In this document: piece by piece, positions 24,963 to 37,930 of the stretch | How positions within the stretch are numbered: position 1 is the stretch's first letter | Layout of the letters: each line of letters starts with the position of its first letter | Assembly (NCBI RefSeq): GCF_018977255.1 | Contig: NW_024704742.1 | Coordinates: 82,462,001 to 82,526,000 of the forward strand | Direction: 5' to 3' | Length of the DNA stretch: 64,000 nt | From: Callorhinchus milii | Lineage: Eukaryota | The notes under the pieces: generated by a model | Database searches by the model: none | Told to the model about the DNA's origin: nothing | What the model saw: only the letters and a program-made list of their open reading frames with translations | Program-made: the position numbers and the translations under genes

Positions 24963-27900
24963 TTAAATAACAGTTCCTGATATGAACTAGTTGATAAAGT
25001 TGAATTGCTTACACAAAATAATGCCTTTAGATGTGGCTGGCGTTGGTGAAACTGTCTATCCTGCAGCAAACTGGATTTCTTTCAAGCAGTTATTACAAAG
25101 TGATTCTCTCCTGTGTTTCTGTCTCATGTATATAGTGAATTTAGACTGGCTTCCAGTTTTATTACTATTTACCTCATATCTGGGTTTAATTATTCTTCAG
25201 GGTAATTTAGTTCATTGGCAGTGCTAATTAAGTTTTACAGGAGGCAATTTGAGCTGGAGACTTGTGCACATGGGATTGGATGCCATTATTATCAACATCT
25301 GTTTGACTACTTCCTGCTCATTCTGATTTCTTTTTGCTTTTCAGTAGATTCACATTAAGTTTTTTAATAATCTGATGATACCACCTTGTCTGCTCGAAGA
25401 TAAATAGATTGATGGCAGCTCAGACTGGTCAGAAACACATGTTTGCAATTGTCTCTGGGTTATGCATACCTCCTTTTGGGCAATTCAAAAACCTAGAAGT
25501 TTTAGGAGTTTGAGAGTTTTTCCCGGTATCCTGGCCAATAATCCCCCAGATAAAATTATTCATTCACTTCTGGGCAGTTTGTGGGACATCGCTACGTACA
25601 ATTTGTTAGCGAATACAGTATTCGTCTACAAAATAAATAGTCACTACATTTTACAGTAAAATGCTATAGGCCATTTTGAGACATCCTCCTAATGTGAAAA
25701 GGCACTTGTTGTATTCTTTGGAAATCTATATTATAAAGCAGGAAAACAAAGACAATAGAAGATCCTAGGACATAGACTATCAATGTCCCTAGTAGGGAAG
25801 CAGGATTTGATGTCATGGATTGGAGTCAGAGGCAGGTGTTATTGTAAATAGATTGTCTTTTCAGTGTTAGAGAGAAAAGAGTACATTTCCTTCAATCTCT
25901 CTAATAGGGGACCTTTTATACTCTGCTCAAGGCCTTTGTTTCTTTTTTTGCCTGCTTTATGAAAGGTAATATATGGATTTCCAAAGAATATAACAGCACT
26001 GTATCAATTACAAGGATTATTATCACTATTTCAATAAAGGTAAATATTTTGATGTCTGTTCACACTCAATCTCTCAGCGGGCTGTTCAGAAATATTTAGC
26101 TAATATTTTGACGGAGTAGTATACAAGTTCTTTTTAGATATGTCGGAGACAGGAGGAAGCCATTCAGCCCATCGAGTCTGTTCCACCAGTGTGCGAGATG
26201 TTGGCAGATATTTTAATGGTTAATGCACAGCCCATTCACCCTTAATATCTCTGCTGTTTAATCAATTAATAATGTAGCTTAATTTTTTTAGGCTGACAAT
26301 TGAGATGTCAAATTTTCCTACAAAGCACATAGTCACTCCACTTTACAGTCATCCTGTAAAGCGATTTGAGACCTCCTCTTGACATGAAAGGTGCTATTTC
26401 AATTGTAAGGATTATTATTGTTATTATTTAATTGTGTTTTGTTTTGCTCTGGATGTCTCCAGAGTCGGCTTACGCCCATGGGCACAAAGTTTGCCATTTG
26501 TGTCTGCTGGGCTCAGCTTCATTTCAATGAATGCTAGACTGTCTTGCTTTCAGTCGAACATCAAAGCTGACATCTGAACTAACTTTGTGTAGCCGATTGA
26601 ATGAGATGTCTTAAGAGACTCTGCGGTTACATTTTATCGATTGACAGTCTTCTGGAGGAGTTGGATTGAGGATAGTATAGTTGCTGAATGAACCTTATCC
26701 ATTGGAATCAGTGCTGGTCAAACACATACAGTAAAATGGTAACAGTAGTTCTGAAGGGACACATAATTTTTACCTCTGGTAATGCTATAGGGTCTGATTG
26801 AAATCAAACAAAACATAAGAAAGCATAAGTTACACCACAAAATATACCAATGATCGCTATTGATATATGGCAATAATCTGTAGTACTTTATAAAGCACTC
26901 ATAACATCAAAGTCTCAAAACCTTTCTGTAAAGTTTGGTGTATTGTAGGCACGGTAATATCCTGGAAACACTTAGGAAGTGAATGACAGTATTTCTAGAG
27001 AACTATTGGCCAAGACATTATCAGCAGAAACTCCTCCTTTTTTATTTCATATAATTTCACCACCAAAAGTAGTGAGGTCAAAAGAGCAGAGGAGGTATTA
27101 TCAAGTCATTGGTTGCTACTAGCTCAGAAATAAGTCATCATACTTCATCTCCACCAGGGCAAAGGAATTGGAGCTCCCTTCAGTCAATGCTTCTTTTCAA
27201 ATTCTCACTTAAACAAATTCTTAATGTAGTTTTGGTGTCATGAACGACACTGCAAAGACCTGGTCTTAGAATCTGCATCAAGTTCATATTGTAAAATGAA
27301 TTCACTGTGTATTTTGTGGGTGAAATGTGGCAGCCAATTGCGCACAGCAGTGTGCCACAACATATCAACTGAAGAAACATTGACGCAACCAAAAAGATCA
27401 CAAAAGTTTCACCTAGCTCTTCTCGAACTATGGATGTGTTAGCCTCAGCTGCCACTGCACTGTATTGTCACAAGTCATCAGCCTTCCTATTTTTACTTTG
27501 CCTGTGTATATTTCCTTGTGGTATTATGCCTTCATTTTACAATAAGTCACATGACAAGGATACAAGCCTTGTGTTTCCAAGGAATAATCTAATTTTTCTG
27601 AGCACTTCGTGGGAAATTATCGATTTTTTTCAAATATTAATGCTGGATTATAAAGCCCTTTGGTTCAAGTTCATCTATGAACCAATGATACAGATTAATG
27701 TTAACTAAAGGACATGAACCTCTGGCGGGGACAAGTCCACTTGTATAACGTACTTCAGCGACCCAGGTAAATTGGTGCAAGTCAGCAATTGGTGCCTTTG
27801 AGATGGGAATATGGATTGCAGCCTACGTTTCCTTCAAAGACGTGATTCGCTGAGTTTCCCTATTAACCTGTGTGTTAAGATTTTATAACTAAATTTTAAA

Positions 27901-28056
27901 AAGGATCCAAGAAAGAAATCCTCTTCAAAGCAATACCTTCACTGCCACATCTTAGCAGTAATGTCACTTCACTGCCCTTTGCAATACTGGCGGACTTGCT
28001 AGCAGCAACAGACAAATTGATCCTCATTATTTCAGCACATGGGTAAGCAAGACTTT

Positions 28057-28500
28057 CATAGGAACATAGGGACAGAAGTAGGCCATTCAGTCCCTCGAGC
28101 CTGTTCCATCATTCTATAAGAATATGGTTGATCAGTACTTCAACTCCAATTACCCGCCCTTGCCCCTTATCCCTTGATAACCTAACCTGACAAATATCTA
28201 TCCACCTTGGTCTTGAAAATGTGAATGGATTCAGCAACCACAGCCTTTGGGGGGAGAGAGAGTTCCAGATTTTCACTGCTCTTTTGGAAAAAAAAGAGCC
28301 TCCTGATTTCACTCCTAAATGGTCTAGCTCTAATTTTAAGATTATGCCCCCTGTTCTGGATTCCCCCACCAGATGTTATTGTTCCTTTGTATCTACTCTA
28401 CCAAATCCCTTTATTATTTTAAAAACCTCAATTAGATCAGCCTTCAACCTTCTCAACTCAAGGAATAGAGACCAAGTTAATGCAACCTATCCTCATAAAG
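28057..28500 (-). mobile_element. CR1 LINE 3' fragment
   Basis: ORF 28109..28369 contains GESRTGG...FFSKRAVKIWNSL; CATAGGAACATAGG terminal repeat. Confidence 0.9.
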
Positions 28501-28949
28501 AGTTAAATTACGAGGATTTAATACAGAAGCTTTCCACTATTTAAGGCAATACCATTCTTGGGATATGCAAGAATCTTCCTGGAAGGAATTTTTTGTTTGA
28601 GAATCAAATATCTTACTCCTCTATCCCAAGGTAAAGAGAGCTTTCTATAATAATGGGCCACAAAATGTTGGGTTCTATTTCCACTAACTTAATAGGTGTC
28701 TGATCCTAATGGATGTGGGCAGTTGAACAATTTCATCCATTAGGCAAGTTAAAGATGGTCAGATATTTGCTCATCATTTAATTCCCTGTACTGACCAGCT
28801 GCTGTAGATCTCAAAGATACAAACTTCAACATAAAGATAGATTTTAGTTGCTTTTCAGTGCACAGAGCTAAACTACCCACGTCCTCAGCCTGACACCAGA
28901 GACACAACATAAGTGGTTGTATCTTCCTTCAGCTTGCATCTATACTCTT

Positions 28950-29022
28950 ACTTAGAAAAGTGGCTCAATTGTGTTTGTACTTCAGCATGAAGTACAAACA
29001 CAATTGAGCCACTTTTCTAAGT
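28950..29022. repeat. Perfect palindrome, 35-bp arms, 3-nt GCA spacer
   Basis: ACTTAGAAAAGTGGCTCAATTGTGTTTGTACTTCA-gca-TGAAGTACAAACACAATTGAGCCACTTTTCTAAGT, checked base by base. Confidence 0.97.
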
Positions 29023-29339
29023 TCAGCATGACATCAGACCAACAAGTACCATGTATCCTAAGCAAACCTGGATTTACACATACATCCTGGGAAAAAGGGC
29101 CTGTGATTATTTCCTCCTATAATCCCATACCCAAGATCTTGAAAGTAACATCAAGTAGAACCAATATCCCTGGTCTCCTGGCCAACAACACTCAACATAA
29201 AATTATTCATTCACTTCACGACTGTTTGTGGGACATTGCTATGCGAAAATTGGCTGCTGGGTTCACTGACAAATTCACAGATACTACTGTACTTTACAAT
29301 AAATGATGTGCAGCGCTATTTTGACAATGTGCTAATCTA

Positions 29340-29850
29340 TTCAAAAAGGTTGAAGAAGAAGGTCTTCAGGTGTGATCCAAAAATGGGAAAGAAGCGGGCA
29401 ATATGGAGGGATTGAGGGAAAGAGTTCAAAAGATTTGGGGTGCAGTGGCTGAAAGCATGGTTGCTGATGGTGGAGCAGGGGGGACCAGAGACAAGCGGAA
29501 GGCAAGAGCCAGCTGAGCAGGGTCGGTGGGTAGTGAAGTAGGGAGTAAAGAGATCAGAAAGGTAGAGAGGTCCAGGCATGAAGGGATTTGTAGACACGTA
29601 TGAGGACATTTAATTTGATTCATTCTGTGATCGGGAGCCAGTGGAGCCTGACAAGGACACAGGACATGGTGGTATGTAGTTTAAATCGGGTGTATACAGG
29701 TGGTGAAATTTTGAATGAGTAACAATGACTATGTGTTGCCAGGAAGGATGTTTGGACCCATTTAAATTATGCTGTGATGGGAGGAATGATAGAGTGCGTG
29801 TTCTGGAAGCATGAGATTGGATGAGCCAAAGGAAATTCTTCATTCAAAAC
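29340..29850 (-). mobile_element. L2 LINE 3' fragment, degraded
   Basis: ORF 29337..29609: PLYLSDLFTPY...AFSHCTPNLLNSFP...HLKTFFF. Confidence 0.85.
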
Positions 29851-31379
29851 AATCTTGTCATCTTACAACGTAGAAGATACAATGTTCATGAATACCTTTG
29901 CTTAGTATTTTTGATTTAGGTAGACTTGTACACCATGTCTAGTTATGGAAGTGGATATTTCAAGAATACCTATCCATTCTCGACCCCCAATCCGCTATTT
30001 CCTCTCTGTTGACATGCGGCCAATTGTTTATAAAGTCAATCTGCAATAGTTAACGATGGGAATTCACATTTCATTGGAAGGTTACAAATTCAGATGGATA
30101 GAGAATAAATTCTGACGTATAAGTTATAAGTCATAATAGTTTCAGGTTTTATTGATTTTATTTGATGCACAAATTATGATTTACTTTCCCAGCTGCTTCA
30201 TGCTCACATTATCATTAATTTTAATTCATTGTGGCACAAACTTTTCAGTGAGTCTGGACCCAACGTGGCAAAGGTACAACCACAAAGATCCAGGCTTATC
30301 AGCAGGCTGTGGAAACGGTCTTCCCTTAGTTATCAAGCTATTGTTTAAGTGTGATGAATCCTATATCATGGCCTCCATCTTTGAACGAGCCTCTAACTAC
30401 CACCCCTTTCCCCCATTCCCTTTGCTCGGTGTCCAACCCTACCCCTGTAAAGTGCTTTAAAATGTTGCCCCACAGGAAAGGTGTTATATAAATGCAAGCT
30501 GTTGTTGTCTTATTGTATTATATTCTACACTGAAAGCTTCACATATATTGTTTCATGTTTGCATTGAGCACTGCGTAATGTATTATGCATCCCATGGAAG
30601 AAATAATCATTTATTGCCAGATAAGAGTTGCTTTGTTTTCACATTACCATTGTTTTAAATTCATTGTGTTGTTGAAGTGCAATTAATCCTGTGTCATACC
30701 CTCCATCTGCAATGCAAAATTCAAGTGGAGAAACAGGCTGCAATACCTATTTGCTTTACTTGAAGGAAAGAACAAAATGAGTTTTCTTTATACTACGTTA
30801 AACTTGCAGTTTATACATTTTCGGTTAACAGATAGGATTCACTGTTATCTTACAGTGGGGGTAAAAAATTCAATATGTGCTATAACATTGCTGAAAATTG
30901 CTGTCCAAAGCAGTCTTTTATTATTGACCGGTTTTGTATCTCAACATCCTGTCTCTCTCTGGCTTCAGTGTAGTGGTTTCGCCTGAAGCCTGGAAGGGAG
31001 GGTTGGGGGGAGGGGAAGGGAGGAGGATCATACAATTAACCTTCAGTTGCTGCTCTTCTTGTGGCCAATGCAAGCGTTTCCGAGCCACTTCTCAGGATAC
31101 CGTATATTTCGCCTGCAAAACATACAGTCAATTCACTTTACAGTATATTCTATGAATCAATTTGAGACGTCTCGAAGACATGATAAAATGCTATATCAAA
31201 TGCAAGGATTATTATTTATATACCAGCCTAACTCAGAGATACCACATTCATGAGCAGATCAGTTAATAGCAGCATTTGGAGGCAATTATCTGAACCACTG
31301 TGCTGAATTTGGGGTGGGGAGAGGGGATTGCTTGCACAAGAAAGCCCTCAATAATTTCAATCTGGTTTGGAGCACAATT

Positions 31380-31585
31380 AAATAATAATAATTCTTGCTT
31401 TTGATAAAACATCTTTCCCACTGGGAGAACGTCTCAAAGCAATTCACAGGATCTACTGTGAAGTGTAGTGATGTTGTATTATGTATGTAAATGCAGCAGC
31501 CAATTTGTGCACAACAATATCCCACAAACCACCATGAAGTGAATGACCAGATTTATCTGGAGGATGTTGGCCAGGACACTGGAGG
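31380..31585 (-). mobile_element. Deu-SINE 3' part
   Basis: Shared tail plus GGATGTTGGCCAGGACAC. Confidence 0.8.
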
Positions 31586-32274
31586 CATTGATTCTACTTG
31601 CTGCCACTTTCAAGATGTTTTTTTCTGGTCAGCCGGGTGTCTGACACATGTAGAAATCTGTCACCATTGCCCAGCTGAATACAAAAGAAACTTGAAAGTA
31701 GTGGATAAGATTATGCGTGTAATTCATCACCTGTAAGTAACAGGTCCTCAGGTTGCATGACGAAATTCTGATTTTCTTAGGATACATAGAACCTTTTGGA
31801 CTGTTGGCCAGGACACCAAGAGAACCACCATTCTCCCACTGCGGAAGAGATTAATTTTCACAGGTTGTTTTTTTACCTCATGTCTTTGTTGGAGATATTT
31901 TCACTGCATCCTTTCCAGTTTAACCTGAAGAACATTCTGCTTTTGCTGAATGTGGTTTTCGCTCCAGTTTTGTTTCTTAATTTATCCTCGGGAGATCGCC
32001 TGTCATCACCTTAACATTAGCTCTCCTAAAGTATGGCACATTAATTTTATGATTACTTACTCAAGTTCATTCCATGGAGGTTGAATCTAATAACATAAAG
32101 ATCACTGATACAGTGTAAGACAACCTTCAACTATTCCACCATCTCAGGCTCAATGTTACAAAGCCACATCCACTATTGCTTCTTCCTTATTCTCTTGTCA
32201 ACAGAATATATGTGCAGATATGAGAGGATCAGATCAACATTTCCATTCTTCATTTAATACAATATAATACACAG

Positions 32275-32730
32275 TTATGTTGCACCTTCCACATCAGGAG
32301 AATGTCCCGAAGTGGGTGGACCATTTACACCCAAGCTGGGGCGGGGCTAAGGGGCTACAGGCGAGGGGGGTAGCGAAAGATGGCTGACAGTGCACTCGAA
32401 TAAGAAGGTCTTAAGATGGACAGGGAATGGGCAACTCCAAAGGATGCCAGGATGGAGTTCTGGAGAGTGAGGACATTTAGATTGAAAGCTCATCCACTGA
32501 TGGTGGGGTGATAGGGCAGGGGATATGAAGCACGTCAGTGTTAGCTGAGCAAAGGATAATAGCAGATTGTAGAGGTAGGGTGGGGTGAGGCCATAGAGGG
32601 TTTTGATCATGGGGATAAAAGTCTTAATTTAATTGTTCCTGATGGAGAGTCAGTGGAGCTGAGCAAGGATGGGATGATAGGCTTGTAGAGCCTGGTGAAA
32701 GAGAAAACATAGGCTGCATTGTTCTCTGCA
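32275..32730 (-). mobile_element. L2 LINE 3' fragment, degraded
   Basis: ORF 32347..32610: KTLYGLTPPYLYNLL...HLKTFLF. Confidence 0.85.
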
Positions 32731-33695
32731 GAGTTGTCAATGGTTGGTGACCTGACAACCCACCCAAGTCAGCCATTCTGGATGTTTTTTATATGTACCT
32801 GTGTGTATATGCAATGAATACAGTAAAACTGATCAGTAATCGTGCTCCATTATAGTGCTGGCTGGTGTTTTATGGATTGCAACGACCATGTTATAACAAG
32901 GCTCCAGTGTACTGACTGTCCATCTAGATTGACCCCATTGCCTTCATTTTCCTATCAGATTTTGAGTTAGATGGTTCAGATTGTCCACACTTCCTTTCAG
33001 GACACAAGATTCCAACAAAGGTTCTTTCGGAAATAAACTTGCAAAATGCCGTAGCTCCAGTGGCTAGAAATGCACTGTATCAGAAAACTGACAGAGCTTA
33101 GCACTGTTGGCAGGTACTTAGTGGCCCTGAGGATTGTATGAATATAGGAGAATGTTCTGTTGTCAAAGTTATAGAATAACAAGGCTCCCTGCCAACTGGA
33201 ACTACACAACACGGCGCTTTTTTTATTTAAAGAAAAATTCCATTCTATTGGAAAATAATTTAAAAAGCAGCTCTATTGTCAAGTTCTACTCTTCATTTGT
33301 ATAAAGATGAATGAATGTCGGGCTGCAGTTGAGATGGGTGTTGTAACTCTTCATTCTTACACTTGGAAAAGCAGCACTCCGAGGTGCTACTTTTTGTGAA
33401 GGATATATGAGTTGTATTCTTTCCTGCATCTGTATTCAAAATAATAAATAATAATCCTTAAATTTAATATAGTGCTTTGCACATCAGGAGGACTTTGTAA
33501 CATTGCAGAGTTTTATATAGATTTTCATGGACTGTTGAGGATGGAAACAGGCAATTCAGCACACCCAGTCCGTGTCGGTATTTATACTCTACAACAGGGA
33601 GGTCCAACGGCGGAGTGAGGGCCAATTTCATCCACCTCCCACCTCCATTCATCTGGCCCACCTGGTCTCTCCATAACCGATAAATGTTATGTTAA

Positions 33696-34053
33696 GTGGA
33701 GCGCTGTAGCCCAGTGGTTAGAGCACTCGCCTCACAAGTGAGAGATCTGGGTTTGATTCCCGGCAGGGTGCAATGTTGAACAAGTTTCCTTATTCCACGT
33801 ATCTCTGTTTACCAAGCAGTAAGTAGAACCCCGTTGTTAGTCGATTGGCACATCGCTTTTCCGGGGGTAATAATTCCTTAAAAAAAATTCTTCACTCAGT
33901 CCATTGCTGTTTGTGGGACACTGCTGCTGCATTTCGCCCACAAAATATAGTCAAAATATACTCACTTTACAGTATATTCTGTGAAGCGCTTTGAGAGGTC
34001 TCAAAGAGGTGATAAGGCATTATATCAAATGCAAGGATTATTATTATTATTAT
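33696..34053 (+). mobile_element. tRNA(Ala)-headed SINE, long form, full length
   Basis: Head, extended core CTCTGTTTACCAAGCAGTAAGTAGAACCCCGTTGTTAGTCGATTGG, and shared tail. Confidence 0.92.
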
Positions 34054-34189
34054 CAGCATTGATAGCTTGTCTGGCAGTCAGAATCTCTTGAACATTTCTC
34101 AAATGGGGCATCCAACTGTGAACAGCCAAAATGTTGGGACTATCCTGCTCTACAGGAGTCTCCACCCATTCCTTATTCTCTCCCATAAC

Positions 34190-35462
34190 CTTCTATTCTC
34201 TTGTCCCTCATGTCTCTATATCTGTGACCAGGGCTCCCTCTGCCTCCTTGTCCACCTGGACCTCTCCGCCGCTTTCGACACAGTCGATCACGCCATCCTC
34301 CTCCAACGCCTTTCCTCTGTCATCCACTTCAGTGGGACCGCACTCGCCTGGTTCAAGTCCTACCTCACGAACCGCCAGCAGTACATCTGCACAAATGGCT
34401 TTTCCTCCCGCTCTCACCCGGATGGATACCTGCGGGGTACACCAAGGATCAATCCTTGGCCCCCTCCTCTTTCTGATCTACATGCTCCTTCTTGGGGATA
34501 TCATCCGCAGACATGGGGTACACTTCCACATGTATGCAGATGACACCCAACTCTATTTTTCCACCTCACGTTGCGACCCCCAGTCCCCTGATGTTCTGTC
34601 AGTCTGCCTGTCAGACCTCAGGGGCTGGATGAGCGCGAATTTCCTTCAGCTGAACATTGACAAGACAGAAGCCATACTCTTTGGCTCCAGTCAATGTCTA
34701 AAATCACACAGTTCTCACCTCCTCCACCTACCCGACCTCTCCCTAAAACTCTCCGAACCTGTATGCAACCTAAGCGTAAGGTTCGACCCCCCAATTATCC
34801 TTCCTCCCCACATCCGTCCCTCCACCTCCGACGCATCGCTCGTCTCCACCAATATCTCACTCCAAAAGCTGCTGAAACCCTCATCCATGCCTTTGTCACC
34901 TCTCAGCTGGACTATTCAAATGCCCTCCTCGCCGGTCTCCCCTCCACTACCATCCATAAAATCCAGGTTATACAAAACTCTGCTGTCCGCATTCTTACCT
35001 GCACCAAACTCCGCTCACCGATTACAGCAGTCCTTGCCAGACTGCACTGGCTGCCTGTCCCAGAGAGGATCGACTTCAAGATCCTCACCCTTGTCTTCAA
35101 ATCCCTCCACTCCTCTGCACCCCCCTACCTCTCTGACCTCCTCTCTCCTCACAACAGTGCCCGTTGCCTTTGCTCCACTGGTTCTGGCCCCCTCCTTGTC
35201 CCCCGAGTCCTCCGCTCCACCGTCGGTAGCCGTGCCTTCAACCACTACGCCCCGAGGCTCTGGAACTCCCTTCCTCACTCCCTTCGCCTCACCCCCTCTC
35301 TTCCCACTTTCAGGTCTCGGCTGAAGACCTTTCTTTTCGACCGCATCTTTAGTCACCTTCCTGCCCCTCCCCCTGGCTCGGCCCCGGGATCCGTTACTGT
35401 GAAGCGCTCTGAGATTCCATCCAGTATGGAGGGCGCTATAAAAATCCAACTAGTTGTTGTTG
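34190..35462 (+). mobile_element. L2 LINE (family B), 5'-truncated, frameshifted RT
   Basis: Three overlapping ORFs carry [38 protein letters not shown] and LHWLPV..RIDFKIL; 3' stem-loop at 35403-35438; (TTG)n tail. Confidence 0.96.
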
Positions 35463-37091
35463 ATATGTGTTTATTTAGTGTCCATATGCATTTTGCTTTG
35501 CCTCTGGAGCCTGAGACTTTGCATAGTTTTAGCCTTACGACTACACTCTTAAAATATAAGATTTTTGTAAAATTCTTAAAGTCTGTCTTAAATCTGAAGC
35601 AGTATTTTAGCAGATTTTTTGAGGAACTGTTAAATACCAGCTTCCAAATTAAGATTGAAAAATTTTCCAAAATTTTGCCTGATTTTGAATCTATTGGTAG
35701 CAATCATAAAACTGAGACAATGAGATATTTAGAACATGAGATATTTATCGAAACTTGAATAGTTTCTAGATTATTAGGATGAAGACCCTTCTGCCCATTC
35801 TATCTTCATCCTTCCAGAATACCCACCGTACTGTCTCTCACACCATCAAACACTTTTTTAAATGAGTCTCAGTGTCCTGACCTCAAACACCCATTTTGGT
35901 AATTAAGAATCTCCATACAATGCATCAATGAAATAGATCAGGAATCAGACACTTTAGAGTGCAAGTCCAAGCCATGGCTATGTGGTTAACCCTGGTGAGG
36001 CTTCTGGTTAAATGTTAGCAGGACAATGCAAAGCATGTTGTCTATCAGTGAATCCTTGCTTCAAAGTCAGTTAAATGAGATTGTCCTCCATGAATACATT
36101 CCCCAACTATCGTATTAGATTCCACTTATTATTAATCATATAAATTTAAGCTTCAAGGTTATACAGTGCAATATAACTATTATTTATATGGTCTGTCCAT
36201 GTGAAACAATGATGATTTAGACAGGGCATGAATTAAACCCTCCATAGTTGGTGATTCATTTAACAATGGCTAACCAACCAAAAACAACAGCAAGTAGTGA
36301 AGTGATTTATTGTGGGGAAGGAATTAGATATTTTTTATTGCAAGGGTTATTGAGATGTGGAACAATTACTGCAAGTGGTGGTTTGTGGGTCATTGCTGTG
36401 CTGATTAGTTGCTGCGCTCACCTACAAAATACACGGTCACTTCACTTTACAGTGAGTGTGTCCTGTGAAGTGCTTTGAGATGTCCCCGTGATGTTATAAG
36501 GTGCCAAATCAAAATAAAGGAACATTTTGGATCATTATATTTGTCTTTTCAAGCAGTCTATCAGGACATTTAAACGAGAATTTGATAAGTACTTGAAGAC
36601 CAAACATATAATAATAATTCTGGTACTATATATCATCCACACCTAGATGATCTTACTTAGTTATAAGTGTAGGAAATGCGAACCAATTGTGGTAAGCAGC
36701 AAGGGTACAAATTGTAAGCGTGTCTCCCTGTAAGTTTTGTTAACATTATGAAGTATCAAGTACAGGAATACAAAAGCAAAGCAATAATGCTAAGTTTGTG
36801 CAAATAATTGGATCAGGTTGCAACTGGGGTTTAATTTTTGGGCACCTCATTTCAGGAAAGATGGTAAGGCCTTGCAGAAGTGCAGAGGAGATTTCCAAGA
36901 ATGATAAGGGGCTTCAGGGGGCTTTTTTTTGAAATTGGAAAATTTGAGTCTGTTTTTTTCTGGAGCAGAGAAGGGTGGGAGGTGTACAAAATTATGAGGG
37001 TTTTTCACAGGGTGAAAAGCTATTTCCATTGGTAGGCCAGTCAGCGACTAGTGGCCATAGTAATAGGATATTTGCAAAAAGAGCGAAAAGA

Positions 37092-37930
37092 CTTCCTCTC
37101 TCTTCCCTTCACAAGCTGCAGACTATCCTAAATCCTGAAGCTTGTATCCTTTCCAGCACTAGGCTCTGCAAACCTATCACCTGTATTCTCTCTTGGCTCC
37201 ACTTGATCCTCATCCCCCAGCAGATCAAGTTCAAGATCCTGTCCTAACCTTTAAATATCTCCATGAACTGTGGAGTCCTGTAGCTCAGTGGTTAGAGCAC
37301 TCGCTTTGCAAGTGAGAGACCTGAGTTCAATTCCAGGCAGGGCGAAACCTTGGGCAAGTTTCCTTACTCCACACGCCTAATAATAATCCCTCCAAAACCA
37401 AAAACAATAATAAAATTGGTCATTTTCAATCTACGACTGTTTGTGGGACATTGCTGTGCGCAATTGGCTGCCGCGTTCGCCCACAAATATACAGTCAATT
37501 CACTTTACAGTCTATTCTGTGAAGCGCTTTGGGACGTCCTCCCGACGTGAAAAGCGCTATATCAAATGCAAGGATTATTATTATTATTATTATAAAGCCT
37601 GACCTCTATGACTATTTCAAACTGTACAAACCTGGTCGCTCCCTCCACTCAGTGTGCACCAGTCTGTTTCACATCCCCCATGCTAGCTTCCCAAACCATG
37701 GAGCTATCAGCATATTTGCTCCCATTCTCTGAAACTCCATCTTGAAGACCCTTGCCCCCTCCCTCATCTCCTTCAAGGTCCACCTCAAGAACTTACTCTT
37801 TGATTCTGTCTTTGGTCGTCTTTCCTGCCCCATCCTCCTCGGTTCCTGTCCCTCACTCGGGTGCAAGCCCTGGACAATTCAACGTCTTGGGGTGACCTCC
37901 TGATGTGAAAGGCACTATATTTGTTGTTTT
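37092..37930 (+). mobile_element. L2 LINE 3' fragment, interrupted by a SINE
   Basis: LHKLQTILN...LHLILIPQQIKFKIL in ORF 36975; continues after 37594 to a GTGAAAGGCACTATA/TTGTTG tail. Confidence 0.85.
37270..37593 (+). mobile_element. tRNA(Ala)-headed SINE, short form, full length, young (reference copy)
   Basis: A box TAGCTCAGTGG, TTGCAAG anticodon loop, B box GAGTTCAATTCC, 3' stem-loop at 37523-37558, (ATT)n. Confidence 0.96.

Noticed and set aside
34131..35758. 397-aa and 354-aa ORFs
   Set aside because: Frameshifted pieces of a 5'-truncated L2 ORF2 with no endonuclease domain; the C-rich L2 strand is stop-poor in alternative frames.
37270..37345. tRNA-Ala(TGC)-like sequences here and at the other SINE heads
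   Set aside because: Each runs into a SINE core and tail with no proper acceptor stem or terminator, and the anticodon drifts (TGC, CGC, CAC). They are SINE heads, not tRNA genes.
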